Source: an uncultured Cytophagia bacterium
GTDB lineage: Bacteria > Zhuqueibacterota > Zhuqueibacteria > Residuimicrobiales > Residuimicrobiaceae
Assembly: GCA_964387285.1 (NCBI GenBank)
Contig: CAYLWO010000002.1
Coordinates: 4,070-68,069 of the forward strand
DNA length: 64,000 nucleotides
Direction of reading: 5' to 3'
Below, piece by piece: positions 49,196 through 59,666 of this stretch. The notes beneath the pieces are model-generated. The model did no database searches, was not told where the DNA came from, and saw only the letters and a program-made list of their open reading frames with translations. Numbering within the stretch: position 1 is the first letter of the stretch; every line of letters begins with the position of its first letter. Both the position numbers and the translations under genes were made by a program.

Positions 49196-49833
49196 TGCAT
49201 AAACCTCTGGTGATTGCCGTTGCCGGCGGCTCTGGTTCCGGCAAAACCTATTTGACGGAAGAGTTGGCCAAGGTTCTGGCTGATTATCATCCCTTGTTGC
49301 TTTCACAGGACTATTATTATCGCGATCGTTCGGAGCTGACTTTAGCGCAACGACAGACCATCAATTATGATCATCCGGACGCCATAGAATTTTCTCTTTT
49401 AATCGCGCAACTGCGGGATTTGTGCGAGCGCAAAAGCATCACGCATCCGTTGTACGATTTTAGCCAACACAATCGCCGTCCGGAATGCATAGCCGTTGCA
49501 CCGGCAGACATCATCCTGCTGGACGGCATCCTGTTGTTGGCCGTTGCGGAATTGGCGCCGCTGCTGGATGTGAAAATATTCGTCGATACGGCCAAGGATA
49601 TTTGTTTTATCCGCAGGCTGCAGCGCGATACGGCTGAACGCGGCCGTTCGATGCAATCGGTCATCGATCAGTATACCGCCACGGTTCGTCCCATGTATTT
49701 GCAGTACGTTTATCCCAGTCGCCATAACGCCGATATCATTGTCTCCGGCGAGGAGGAAGTCGGCTCTTTGGTTAAAAAAATTCTCGCCGAGATTGGCAAA
49801 CGATATCCGTCTCTCTTGCATCAGATCAAATAA
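49192..49833 (+). CDS. udk: Uridine kinase
   Basis: P-loop VIAVAGGSGSGKT. ATGA overlap with cdd. Confidence 0.88.
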   Translation: MMHKPLVIAVAGGSGSGKTYLTEELAKVLADYHPLLLSQDYYYRDRSELTLAQRQTINYDHPDAIEFSLLIAQLRDLCERKSITHPLYDFSQHNRRPECIAVAPADIILLDGILLLAVAELAPLLDVKIFVDTAKDICFIRRLQRDTAERGRSMQSVIDQYTATVRPMYLQYVYPSRHNADIIVSGEEEVGSLVKKILAEIGKRYPSLLHQIK

Positions 49834-49848
49834 TCGGGAAAGGTTTTT

Positions 49849-50409
49849 ATGCTCAATGTCGTACCCAAAGGCGTCGGTTGGATCGAGGTAATCTGCGGCA
49901 GCATGTTCAGTGGAAAAACCGAAGAGTTGATCCGGAGATTGAAACGTGCGGAAATCGCCAAGTTGAAAACCGCTATTTTCAAACCAAAGATTGATGATCG
50001 CTACTCGGTCGAACATATTGTTTCACACAACGCGTTGAAACTGCCTTCCATTGCCGTGAGTTCGGCCCAGGACATTCTGGCGCAGGCCGGCGATGCAGCG
50101 GTCATCGGCATTGACGAAGCGCAGTTCTTTGGTCTGGATTTGGTAGAGGTGTGTCAAAAGCTGGCTAACATGGGCAAGCGCGTCATTGTCGCCGGACTGG
50201 ACCAGGATTATACCGGCAAACCTTTTGAACCCATTCCGCAGTTGTTGGCCGTAGCGGAAGACATCCATAAAACACTGGCCATCTGTGTGAAATGCGGCAA
50301 TCCGGCCAATCGCACGCAAAGATTGAGTCGCGATGCAGAGCGCGTGGTGGTGGGCGCCGCCGATATCTATGAAGCGCGCTGCCGGTTTTGCCATGAAGTG
50401 TATGAGTAG
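49849..50409 (+). CDS. tdk: Thymidine kinase
   Basis: [21 protein letters not shown]-loop. C-terminal zinc ribbon CVKCG...CRFC. Confidence 0.9.
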   Translation: MLNVVPKGVGWIEVICGSMFSGKTEELIRRLKRAEIAKLKTAIFKPKIDDRYSVEHIVSHNALKLPSIAVSSAQDILAQAGDAAVIGIDEAQFFGLDLVEVCQKLANMGKRVIVAGLDQDYTGKPFEPIPQLLAVAEDIHKTLAICVKCGNPANRTQRLSRDAERVVVGAADIYEARCRFCHEVYE

Positions 50410-50437
50410 CTTTGTCTTTTGTGCCAAGTAGTCAAGA

Positions 50438-50498
50438 ATAGTAATGGCATAAATGCCATGATTATCCAAATAACACGAAAACCATGTCATTGCGAACG
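50438..50498. repeat. Intergenic repeat family A/B copy 2
   Basis: agtaatggcataaatgccatgattatccaaataacacgaaaaccatgtcattgcgaacgc is homologous to 8787-8846. It shares the ATGGCA-n4-TGCCAT hairpin. Confidence 0.6.
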
Positions 50499-50567
50499 CA
50501 GGTAATTCCCGTTTATCCAGGTTAGGACCAGGGTGATTGTTCCTTTCTCTCGGAATGGTTTTAAAAA

Positions 50568-51407
50568 ATGCTGCTTAAAGAAAAAATCAAGGAATCTCTG
50601 GCTGTGCTCCAGGCTCGGCTGCATGCGCCGGCGCCGAAAACAGCTTTGGTTTTGGGCTCGGGTTTGGGTCGATTTGCTGATTCCATCGAGGATGCTACTG
50701 TCATTCCCACTGCGGATATTCCACATTATCCCCGTTCCACGGTTCCTGGACATGCCGGCCGTTGGTATATCGGTAGAATTCGTAATGTGCCCATCATAGC
50801 CCTGCAGGGCCGGGTGCATTATTATGAGGGATATTCTCTGCAAGAGGTTGCCTTTCCCATTCATGTATTAGCCGGCCTGGGCGTCAACACCTTGCTGGTA
50901 ACAACCGCCAGCGGCGGTTTGAACCCTCATTACTCCAGCGGTGATTTGATGGTCATTACGGATCATATCAAATTCATACCCGGCAATCCGTTGCGCGGCA
51001 AGCCGGACGATTTACTCGGCCCGCGTTTTCCTGATCTATCGACCTGTTACGATAAAAGATTAATCCAACTGGCCCTGGCCGCCGCTGCGGATATGGGCAT
51101 CCCCTTGCATCGGGGTGTGTTCTGTTGTATGACCGGCCCGGCCTATGAAACAGCGGCCGAAGTGCGCATGCTGCAAAGATTGGGCGGCGATGCCGTCTCC
51201 ATGTCCACCGCGCCGGAAGTGATTGCTGCGCGGCAGCGGCATATGCGGGTTCTGGGCATTGCGCTTATTACCAATGCCGCTACAGGCATCTCCCCCGATC
51301 CGTTATCGCATCAAGAAGTAACAGAGGCGGCCGACAAAGCCGGAGATAAACTGGGCCGGTTGTTGATGGAAATCATTGTGCGAATGCAAAACATGGATAA
51401 AAAATAA
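50568..51407 (+). CDS. punA: Purine nucleoside phosphorylase (PNP/MTAP family I)
   Basis: LVLGSGLG...HAGRW...ASGGLNP...STAPE motifs. Confidence 0.85.
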   Translation: MLLKEKIKESLAVLQARLHAPAPKTALVLGSGLGRFADSIEDATVIPTADIPHYPRSTVPGHAGRWYIGRIRNVPIIALQGRVHYYEGYSLQEVAFPIHVLAGLGVNTLLVTTASGGLNPHYSSGDLMVITDHIKFIPGNPLRGKPDDLLGPRFPDLSTCYDKRLIQLALAAAADMGIPLHRGVFCCMTGPAYETAAEVRMLQRLGGDAVSMSTAPEVIAARQRHMRVLGIALITNAATGISPDPLSHQEVTEAADKAGDKLGRLLMEIIVRMQNMDKK

Positions 51408-51446
51408 ATCTGATCTTGCGAAGGTTTAAAACCTTCGCAAAGTTGT

Positions 51447-51474
51447 ATTTCGAGTACAAAACGCTCAATTAAGG
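51447..51474. terminator. REP-like palindromic hairpin (family C/D copy 2), likely punA terminator
   Basis: cttgcgaaggtttaaaaccttcgcaaag is a perfect inverted repeat 40 nt after the punA stop. A T-containing tail follows. Confidence 0.5.
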
Positions 51475-51595
51475 AAAAAGTAAAACATGACTTTAACATT
51501 CGTGTAAATTCGCGCCATTCGTGGTTAATTCTTTTTAATAACCTTTTTATTAGTGATACACAAACTGTACCTCTTCCATCAAACAAGGAGTTCCT

Positions 51596-52915
51596 ATGGA
51601 TCGCAGAACCTTTATTAAAAACACCTCGCTGGCCACAGCCGGCGGATTGACGATTTTAAATTTTCCGGTGTTCGGTAAAAACGCACCCAGCAACAAAGTG
51701 GTGGTCGCGGTCATGGGCGTCAACAGCCGCGGCGCTTATCTGGCCGACTGTTTTAAAAAGCTAGAGAACGTGCAAGTGGCTTATATCTGCGACGTGGAAG
51801 AGGCCGCCATCCAAAAAGGTCTCAAGCCCTTTGCCAATGATGAAAAAAAACCGACGGTTGAAAAAGACATCCGCAAGTTGGTGGAAAAAACCGATTTTGA
51901 CGCGCTGATCATTGCCGCGCCGGATCACTGGCATGCTCCGGCCTCACTGCTGGGTGTCAGCCATGGCAAACATGTTTATGTGGAAAAGCCGTGCGGCCAC
52001 AATCCACGCGAGAGCGAAATCCTCATTCAGGCTTCGGAAAAATATAAAAAGATCATTCAGATCGGCAGCCAGCGCCGCTCCATGCCCGCTTTGATCGAGG
52101 CGGTCAAATTGGTGCGCGAAGGCATCATTGGCGCTCCCTACATGGGCAAGGCGTGGTACGCCAATAACCGCAAGCCCATTGGTTTTGGTAAAAAAGTTCC
52201 GGCGCCGGCCACTTTGGATTTTGAACTGTGGCAGGGACCGGCGCCGCGACGGCCCTATCAGGACAATCTGGTGCATTACAACTGGCACTGGTTCTGGAAC
52301 TGGGGCACTGCGGAAACCTGCAACAACGGCAATCATGAACTGGATTGCTGTCGCTGGTTTTTGGGCGTGGATTATCCCACCAAGGTCACCTCTGCCGGCG
52401 GACGATATGCCTATCGTGATGATTGGGAAACCCCGGATACTCAGGTGGTTGCTTATGAATTCGGCGACCAAAAGTGCATTACCTGGGAAGGCCGCAGCTG
52501 CAACCACTTTCCGGTTGAAGGCGGATCGCGCGGATTCGTGATCTATGGAGAAAAAGGCACGTTGGTCAATATCGGCGGTGATGATTTCAAGATTTATGAC
52601 GACAACAATAAACTGGTCAAAGAGGGCGGCAGCAAGATAAAAACAGAGGGCACGAATACGGTCAGTGCTACGGGCAATCTCGATATGTATCATTTTACCA
52701 ATTTCGTGGAAAGCGTACGCGGCAATGCGCAACCGACCACGCCGGTAGCGGATGCACACAAGAGCGTACTGCTCTGTCATCTGGCCAACATTGCGCAGCG
52801 CACCGGAACCACCTTGCATTGCGATCCCAGCAACGGCTATATCAAAGACAACAAAAAGGCCATGAAACTGTGGAAACGCGAGTATCAAAAAGGATGGGAG
52901 ATGAAGCTGGCATAA
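51596..52915 (+). CDS. Gfo/Idh/MocA-family oxidoreductase with TAT signal
   Basis: Twin-arginine MDRRTFIKNTSLATAGG. Rossmann GVNSRG. 439 aa. Confidence 0.8.
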   Translation: MDRRTFIKNTSLATAGGLTILNFPVFGKNAPSNKVVVAVMGVNSRGAYLADCFKKLENVQVAYICDVEEAAIQKGLKPFANDEKKPTVEKDIRKLVEKTDFDALIIAAPDHWHAPASLLGVSHGKHVYVEKPCGHNPRESEILIQASEKYKKIIQIGSQRRSMPALIEAVKLVREGIIGAPYMGKAWYANNRKPIGFGKKVPAPATLDFELWQGPAPRRPYQDNLVHYNWHWFWNWGTAETCNNGNHELDCCRWFLGVDYPTKVTSAGGRYAYRDDWETPDTQVVAYEFGDQKCITWEGRSCNHFPVEGGSRGFVIYGEKGTLVNIGGDDFKIYDDNNKLVKEGGSKIKTEGTNTVSATGNLDMYHFTNFVESVRGNAQPTTPVADAHKSVLLCHLANIAQRTGTTLHCDPSNGYIKDNKKAMKLWKREYQKGWEMKLA

Positions 52916-52944
52916 TCTCCCTGTTGAATTAACGATGTTTGAAA

Positions 52945-52978
52945 ATAAAGGCGAGAGATCTCTCGCCTTTATTTTTTA
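52945..52978 (+). terminator. Rho-independent terminator
   Basis: aaaggcgagagatctctcgccttt is a perfect hairpin followed by attttttat. Confidence 0.8.
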
Positions 52979-53306
52979 TGTCGACATCGCGGTTAGCCTC
53001 ATTAATTCAGGCTTTGACAATTGCAGCCATTTCAGTGAAGCCTTGATTTGGTCATGGGGCAGGCGCTGTTGCTGCAAGAACGCGGTATAAGGATTTTTAA
53101 TTTTGTCAGAAAACGGTTGCATAATATCTCACAGCTTCTGTATAATATGGATAGTAGACATATTATACTAAAAAAAATCAACCAATTTTCTTGACACCGG
53201 AAAGTATAAAAGTTAAATTTCAGAGATTACTAGACCTTTGCAATTACTGGTTAACAGCCTTAAACCATTTCGTATCTAAAGTACTTGCATTCTGCCAAGA
53301 CCGTAT

Positions 53307-53325
53307 GTATCTTCTATGTAGATAC
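53307..53325. promoter_or_regulatory. Inverted repeat (candidate MazE operator) in AT-rich leader
   Basis: gtatct-n7-agatac about 20 nt upstream of the mazE start. The AT-rich 53100-53340 leader carries TATAAT-like boxes. Confidence 0.35.
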
Positions 53326-53347
53326 AATAGTAATTATAGGGACTGAA

Positions 53348-53590
53348 ATGGAAACAAAAATTCAAAAATGGGGAAATAGTCTCGCTGTACGGTTGCCAAA
53401 AGCATTTGCAGAACAGACTGGAATTGAGAATGGCTCGGATGTCCAAATCTCGATACAGGATGGGAAAATAATTCTCGTTCCAGTCAAAGATCGCGCTAAA
53501 TTGCTTGATGCTTTGTTAGAACAAATCGACGAATCCACAGTTCACAGTGAAATCAGTTTTGGCAAACCAGTTGGAAAAGAATTGTTATGA
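53348..53590 (+). CDS. mazE: MazE/AbrB-family antitoxin
   Basis: METKIQKWGNSLAVRLPKAFAE is the SpoVT/AbrB swapped-hairpin motif. 80 aa. Confidence 0.7.
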   Translation: METKIQKWGNSLAVRLPKAFAEQTGIENGSDVQISIQDGKIILVPVKDRAKLLDALLEQIDESTVHSEISFGKPVGKELL

Positions 53591-53874
53591 GCTATGAACC
53601 TGATCGTGGCGATATTATCTGGATAATGCTAAATCCTCAAAGCGGTCACGAACAAGCAGGTCGCCGTCCTGCAATCGTTCTTTCCTCGTTAAAGTATAAT
53701 TCTAAAACAGGTCTTTTAATCTGTTGTACAATAACTTCTCAGGAAAAAAAATATCCTTTTGAAGTCAAAATCCCAAATGGCTACCCTGTTTCCGGGGTTA
53801 TCCTTGCGGATCGATATAAAAGTTTTCCAAACCGCTCCCGAAAGGTTTTACTTCGGGAAAAAGCAGGAATTTAA
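53587..53874 (+). CDS. mazF: MazF/PemK-family endoribonuclease toxin
   Basis: DRGDIIWIMLNPQSGHEQAGRRPAIVLS. ATGA overlap with mazE. Confidence 0.8.
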   Translation: MSYEPDRGDIIWIMLNPQSGHEQAGRRPAIVLSSLKYNSKTGLLICCTITSQEKKYPFEVKIPNGYPVSGVILADRYKSFPNRSRKVLLREKAGI

Positions 53875-54332
53875 AATCTCGTCCCAGAGGTGTCACAGAA
53901 CTCTCAAAAGGATGATAATCAAACGGGAAAAAACCTTGCAAAAAAACGGCATACCCTTCGGTATGTATTCCTTTCAAGCTTTCTATTGAATTGCATTGAT
54001 TGCGATAAAGATGAAATCACAATAAACGGCGGTTCATTCATTGAACCTGAACTGTACTATGTGATCAATGTTTTCTCTCTGGGCCTGGGCTATAAACAAT
54101 ATATCAATAATGAAACAGCAACGCGACAAGCAACAAACGGGGTCCTCTTCGGCCGGGTGTTTATTGCTGCAGTGTTTCCTGTTGGTGCCTTTTAAACGTT
54201 TTCGTCGCGCTCCGCGCGCCTGCCATCAAAACACTTTGTTTGAGGCTTATTAAAATTCGGCAGGTACAGCCGATTTTATCACACAGCATAAAAATATCAT
54301 GGACCTGATTCTGTGACGAACGGATCGACCGC

Positions 54333-55856
54333 ATGCATGTCAGTCTAAAACATATTTCCAAATCATACTCCGGGAACCGCGTGTTGAACCGGGTATGCAT
54401 GACCGTGGACCAAGGGCAAATCCATGCGCTGATTGGTGAAAACGGCGCCGGGAAATCGACGCTGATGAAAATTCTGCTTGGCGTGGAGCAGGCGGACAGC
54501 GGGGATATCGTGATCGATGGTGAAAACAAACGATGGCAACACCCGAGCAAAGCTCGCGAGGCCGGCATTGCCATGGTTTATCAGGAGCTGTCATTGATCC
54601 CGTCGCTCACAGTCGTTGAAAATGTTTTTCTGGGCCGGCTCCTGACAGGCCGTACACGACTTGTCAATTGGGCGGAGATGAAGCGGCAGGCGGAGCGGAT
54701 ATTTCACGAACTTTTATTTCCGATTGACCCGGGGGAAATGGTCGATGAACTATCTGTCGCTGAAAAGCAGATGGTGGAGATTGCCCGGGCACTGGCACAG
54801 AATGCCGAGCTGATTATCCTTGATGAACCGACATCACCGCTGACCGAACAGGATGCAAACAGATTGTTCAGCCGAATCAAAATTCTGGCGGAAAAAGGCG
54901 TGAGCGTTGTTTATATCACGCATCGGTTGGAAGAGGTTTTTCACATCGCTCATCATATCTCCATTTTACGCGATGGTGAGCTGGTCCGTTCATGCCCGAT
55001 TAACGAGGTGGACATGGCTGCGATGGTCCGGGATATGGTTGGCCGGGAGTTGGCGGAGCAATTTCCGCCGAGAACGAAAATGCGTGCAGACGTGTCAAAG
55101 CATATTGCGCTTAAGGTCGATCAGGCGACTCGAAAGAATGAATTTTATGATATCAGCTTTTCTGCCCGGGAAGGTGAAATACTGGGCTTTGCAGGATTGG
55201 TCGGCGCCGGCCGCACGGAATTGGTGGAAGCGATTTTTGGCGTGCATAAACTCGACCGGGGGAACATCGAGATCAGGAAAAGAGCCGTTAAAATTCATTC
55301 GCCGGCGCAGGCCGTAAAGAGCGGAATAGGATTGATTCCGGATGATCGCAAAGTCAAGGGGCTGGTTCCGGATGCGGCTGTCGATTTTAATTTGAGCATG
55401 GCAACCGGACAAAAATATGCGACGCGTTGGGGCTGGCGCCTGCAAAACCGCGAAAGGACTGCCGCAAAGCATCTTGTTGCGAATTTGCGCATCAAACTCT
55501 CTTCCCTGAGCCGGCATGTGGCGCGATTAAGCGGCGGAAACCAGCAAAAAGTCGCCATCGGCAAATCGTTGAACAGCGATTCCTCAATTCTGATTTTTGA
55601 TGAGCCAACCCGGGGCATCGATGTCGCAGCCAAGCGCGAAATATACCATCTGTTGCGTAAATTGGCGGATGACGGGGCTGCGATCATTCTGGTATCTTCC
55701 GAACTGGAGGAAATTTTAGGATTATCGGATCGAATTTTAGTCATGTGTCAGGGTCGGCTCGCTGGTGAACTTGCATCGGCAGAAGCAACCCAGGAAAAGA
55801 TTATGTATATGGCGTTAGGAGCCGGTCAATCATTTGAAAATGGAACCAGGTTATGA
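54333..55856 (+). CDS. Sugar ABC transporter ATP-binding protein (tandem ABC domains, RbsA/MglA-like)
   Basis: Two Walker A motifs (GENGAGKST; GLVGAGRTE) and two LSGG signatures. 507 aa. Confidence 0.85.
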   Translation: MHVSLKHISKSYSGNRVLNRVCMTVDQGQIHALIGENGAGKSTLMKILLGVEQADSGDIVIDGENKRWQHPSKAREAGIAMVYQELSLIPSLTVVENVFLGRLLTGRTRLVNWAEMKRQAERIFHELLFPIDPGEMVDELSVAEKQMVEIARALAQNAELIILDEPTSPLTEQDANRLFSRIKILAEKGVSVVYITHRLEEVFHIAHHISILRDGELVRSCPINEVDMAAMVRDMVGRELAEQFPPRTKMRADVSKHIALKVDQATRKNEFYDISFSAREGEILGFAGLVGAGRTELVEAIFGVHKLDRGNIEIRKRAVKIHSPAQAVKSGIGLIPDDRKVKGLVPDAAVDFNLSMATGQKYATRWGWRLQNRERTAAKHLVANLRIKLSSLSRHVARLSGGNQQKVAIGKSLNSDSSILIFDEPTRGIDVAAKREIYHLLRKLADDGAAIILVSSELEEILGLSDRILVMCQGRLAGELASAEATQEKIMYMALGAGQSFENGTRL

Positions 55857-56794
55857 AATGGCTGCGACAACTCGGACCTTTGCTGGCATTGTTCGTCATG
55901 ATCGTGCTGCTCAGTCTGTCATCACCGTATTTTTTTACTGCTGACAATCTTCTCAACATTTTCAGGCAGTCATCCGTGAACGCGTTATTGGCGTTGGGGC
56001 AACTCTTGGTTATTATCACGGCCGGAATCGATCTTTCGGTCGGGTCGATTGTCGGTTTGTGTGCTGTGATGGCGGCGATGTTTTTAAAGGCAGGCTGGCC
56101 GGTGATGGTGAGTATCCTGGGTTGTCTGGTTGTCGGCGCCGCGGTCGGATGGTTGAATGGCGCCATGCTCACCAAACTGAAACTGCCGCATCCGTTCATT
56201 TCCACACTTGCCACCATGAATATCGCCCGTGGATTGGCGCTGATCATTTCGGGCGGTTTCCCGATCTCGGATTTGCCGGCCGGTTATCGGATTTTGGGCG
56301 CCTCATCGGCCGGTATTATTCCGATACCTGTGATTGTCGTTTTGCTTGTCTATGTCGTTTTTCATATCTTTCTCACTAAAACCATTGTCGGTCGTGACAT
56401 CTATGCCATTGGCGGTAATAAGACGGCCGCGTATTATTCCGGGATTCCGACCCATCGACGTCTGGTGATGGTGTACATGCTGAGCGGCGTTTTAGCCGGA
56501 CTCGCGGCCGTCATCCTTACCGGACGGATGAATTCCGGATTTCCGCTGGCAGGTGTGGGGGCTGAACTGGACAGCATTGCAGCGGTGATCATTGGCGGCG
56601 CGAGTTTTTTTGGCGGCGTCGGCACCGTATGGGGAACCCTGATCGGTGCGCTGCTGATGGGAGTGTTGCGCAATGGATTAAATCTGTTGGATGTATCGGC
56701 AAATTGGCAGACCGTCGTAATCGGGACCGTGATTGTCTGGGCCGTATGGATGGATGTGGTGCGGCTGCGGATGATGAAGAGACGTGATCAATAA
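55853..56794 (+). CDS. Sugar ABC transporter permease (RbsC-like)
   Basis: About 10 TM helices. ATGA coupling with the ATPase gene. Confidence 0.85.
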   Translation: MKWLRQLGPLLALFVMIVLLSLSSPYFFTADNLLNIFRQSSVNALLALGQLLVIITAGIDLSVGSIVGLCAVMAAMFLKAGWPVMVSILGCLVVGAAVGWLNGAMLTKLKLPHPFISTLATMNIARGLALIISGGFPISDLPAGYRILGASSAGIIPIPVIVVLLVYVVFHIFLTKTIVGRDIYAIGGNKTAAYYSGIPTHRRLVMVYMLSGVLAGLAAVILTGRMNSGFPLAGVGAELDSIAAVIIGGASFFGGVGTVWGTLIGALLMGVLRNGLNLLDVSANWQTVVIGTVIVWAVWMDVVRLRMMKRRDQ

Positions 56795-56820
56795 GATTCC
56801 CTGGATGAAAGGATTGATAA

Positions 56821-57780
56821 ATGCACCGGCAAAAAATTTATTTTCGTTTGCTAATCATGATGACGGCACTCGTCTCACTCATGTGCCCCGGTTCAGGTAA
56901 AAAAGAGTATCGCGTGACGCTGGTGGCCAAAGCAATGGACAGTGAGTTCTGGCAGAATGTGAAACAGGGGGCAACGGATGCTGCCGCACAGTTGCCGGAT
57001 GTTAGGTTGACGGTGCTTGCCCCGGCGCGTGAGATCAATATCGACCAGCAGGTGAACATTCTGGAAGACCAGATATTGAAACAGGTTTCGGCCATCGCCA
57101 TTGCTCCATGTGGATCGGCTGAAATCATTCCCATGCTCAACAAAGCGCACGTGAATAATATTCCTGTGATAAGTTTTGGCTCGGATATCGAGTGGGAACA
57201 TAAATCGAGTTATGTCGGCACCGATAATCGGTTAGGAGGGCGACTGGCCGGCCATTACATTGTCAACGTATTGAATGGGAAGGGGAAGGTCGCTGTCATT
57301 CGCGGTATTTTAGGCATTCATGATCATGAAGAACGGGTTGGCGGATTTCTGGATGCTGTTCAGGGTTTTACGGGCATCAAAATCGTTGCGTTGCAGCCGG
57401 CAAACAGCGAGCGGGAATTAGCCTTGACCGTTATGGAGAATATCCTGACCTCGCACCCGGAATTAAACGCCGTCTTTATCACCAGTGATCAAATGGCGCT
57501 TGGCGCCCTGGAAGCAATAGACGCCCATCGATTGACCGGCAAATTAATCACTGTTGGGTTCGATGGCGGCCGGGAAGCCATTCAAGCCATTCGGGAAGGA
57601 CGACTCACGGCGGAAGTCGCTCAAAATCCCCATAACATGGGACGGTTGGCCTTTTTGACGGCTTATCAAGCTGCCAAAGGGAAAGTGGTGGAAAAACGGA
57701 TTGATACCGGGACTGCCCTCATCAACAAATCCAATGTGGATGAGTATTATTCAGCGGATAACAATCGAATTCAACAGTGA
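56821..57780 (+). CDS. Periplasmic sugar-binding protein (RbsB-like) paralog 1
   Basis: Signal peptide, then the LacI/RbsB-type PBP fold. Confidence 0.8.
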   Translation: MHRQKIYFRLLIMMTALVSLMCPGSGKKEYRVTLVAKAMDSEFWQNVKQGATDAAAQLPDVRLTVLAPAREINIDQQVNILEDQILKQVSAIAIAPCGSAEIIPMLNKAHVNNIPVISFGSDIEWEHKSSYVGTDNRLGGRLAGHYIVNVLNGKGKVAVIRGILGIHDHEERVGGFLDAVQGFTGIKIVALQPANSERELALTVMENILTSHPELNAVFITSDQMALGALEAIDAHRLTGKLITVGFDGGREAIQAIREGRLTAEVAQNPHNMGRLAFLTAYQAAKGKVVEKRIDTGTALINKSNVDEYYSADNNRIQQ

Positions 57781-57821
57781 ATTGCGCACAGGTTGTCGGT
57801 ATGTGAAAGGAAGACATCCGT

Positions 57822-58748
57822 ATGAGACGCTGCTACAAGAGGGTTCTCATGACCGTCATAATGCCCTGCTTTCTGTGGTTGACGTGCCATGATGCATCGA
57901 AGCAGAAAATACGCATTACTGTCGTCACCCAGTCGATGGATAGTGAATTTTGGCAAAAAGTAAAACTAGGCGCTGAAGACGCTGCCAAAGAATTCCCGGA
58001 AGTTAAATTATCGGTGCTGGCGCCTGCACGGGAAATCAATATCGATCAGCAGGTAAATATTATTGAAGATCAAATATTAAAGCATGTTTCTGCATTGGCT
58101 GTCTCACCCTGCGGCACAGCTGAAATTTTACCCGTTCTTGAAAAGGCGCGCGCCCTGTCGATTCCGGTCGTTATCTTCAATTCGGACATTGAATGGCAAC
58201 ACAAATTGACTTTTGTCGGAACCGACAATCGAATGGGGGGGCGATTGGCCGGCGAGCGCATTATCGACGCTTTGCATGGCAAAGGAAAAGTCGCTGTCAT
58301 TCGGGGCATCATGGGGATTCGCGGCCATGAGGAGCGTGTCGCAGGCTTTTTAGATGCCGTAAAAATCGCTTCCGGAATCGAGGTGGTCGCCATACAACCG
58401 GCAAATAGTGAACGGGAATTGGCACTGACCGTCATGGAGAATATTCTCACACTCCATCCTGATCTGGATGCGGCATTCATAACAAATGATGGCATGGCGC
58501 TCGGCGCACTGGAAGCCGTGGATAGTCATCGACTCTCCGGCAGGCTCATCATGATCGGATTCGATGCCGGACACGAGGCCGTTAATGCCGTTCGCGCAGG
58601 CCGGTTAACCGCCGTAATAGCCCAGGATCCCTACAATATGGGCAGGCAATCCTTTTGGGCAGCGTTGAAAGCAGCACAAAATGAAACCATCCCAAAACGC
58701 ATCGATACGGGTACACGGTTGATTGATAGAGAAAACGTGGATCGGTAG
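57822..58748 (+). CDS. Periplasmic sugar-binding protein (RbsB-like) paralog 2
   Basis: Roughly 60% identical to paralog 1 (e.g. VLAPAREINIDQQVNI shared). Confidence 0.8.
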   Translation: MRRCYKRVLMTVIMPCFLWLTCHDASKQKIRITVVTQSMDSEFWQKVKLGAEDAAKEFPEVKLSVLAPAREINIDQQVNIIEDQILKHVSALAVSPCGTAEILPVLEKARALSIPVVIFNSDIEWQHKLTFVGTDNRMGGRLAGERIIDALHGKGKVAVIRGIMGIRGHEERVAGFLDAVKIASGIEVVAIQPANSERELALTVMENILTLHPDLDAAFITNDGMALGALEAVDSHRLSGRLIMIGFDAGHEAVNAVRAGRLTAVIAQDPYNMGRQSFWAALKAAQNETIPKRIDTGTRLIDRENVDR

Positions 58749-58902
58749 GGAGGATTTTGTCAATGTGCGCGCTGAGCCAAGAGCCGAGAGTTAAAAATCA
58801 ACGTTGTGCAAAAATCTTCGTAAGCGTAACAATTCGGCATTCCCGTTCATTTGCAGAAAAAGGACTTTCTGTACAAATCCGGCAACCAGGCCGGAGGATG
58901 AT

Positions 58903-59664
58903 CTATTGATCCAACATAACGTGGGCATCCGATATATAGGACATATCTTTCTGGTTTCTAAAAAAGTCCATCCAGATATAATGCAGATGCCGTTCATGGC
59001 TTACGCGTACACCATGGTTTGAGCCGAGAGGAATGTGCAGCAATGTATCCTCTTCAAATAGTGCCTCGTGTCCATCCGCAGTAACATAACAGGAATTTTC
59101 CGGCAAGCCATAGAATAATTGTTCCAGCATCGGGTGGCTATGGGGCGCCACCTCATCCGGTCCTATTGTTTGCACCGAACCCATGGACATCCGCGGAACG
59201 AGATTATTCGGGATCAGCATGCGGCTGACTGTTTTTTTACTCTTAATGTCTTCTTTGTAAGGGTGACAGTCTGCATAATTGGCAAAATAGGGATATTTAT
59301 TCGCTACGGTTTTCAAATAGACCTGATCCGGTTTGCTCAATTCCAGGATAATTTCGAGAAACGCAATGTCAGGATCATGCGCTTCTACAGCAAACGATCT
59401 TTGTGCATCCGGCACAAAAACTGAAAGCCTGTGAAAGGGAAAAGTCCTGACCCCGTGCCTGATCACGCCTTTTCCGCTGAAGAAAAGAAAGACCAAACTC
59501 CTTTGTTCACTCGGATATGCTTCATACACGGCGCCACGATGAACGATTACATGATTTGTAGTGACGCCTTCAATCTCGCCCTTGAGTAATTCATGTTTCA
59601 GGACTCCTGTCTGCCCGGATGATAAATTGTGGCGGGTCTTTTCAATCTTGATACAGTCAGCCAT
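58903..59664 (-). CDS. Cupin-fold protein (possible sugar isomerase)
   Basis: Cupin motif APHSHPMLEQLFYG...LHIPLGSNHG. Confidence 0.4.
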   Translation of the reverse strand: MADCIKIEKTRHNLSSGQTGVLKHELLKGEIEGVTTNHVIVHRGAVYEAYPSEQRSLVFLFFSGKGVIRHGVRTFPFHRLSVFVPDAQRSFAVEAHDPDIAFLEIILELSKPDQVYLKTVANKYPYFANYADCHPYKEDIKSKKTVSRMLIPNNLVPRMSMGSVQTIGPDEVAPHSHPMLEQLFYGLPENSCYVTADGHEALFEEDTLLHIPLGSNHGVRVSHERHLHYIWMDFFRNQKDMSYISDAHVMLDQ

Positions 59665-59666
59665 TG

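Noticed and set aside
53890-54195. 101-aa ORF downstream of mazF.
   Set aside because: It is AT-rich and low-complexity with no motifs. It may be a remnant of the inserted islet, which is insufficient evidence to call a gene.
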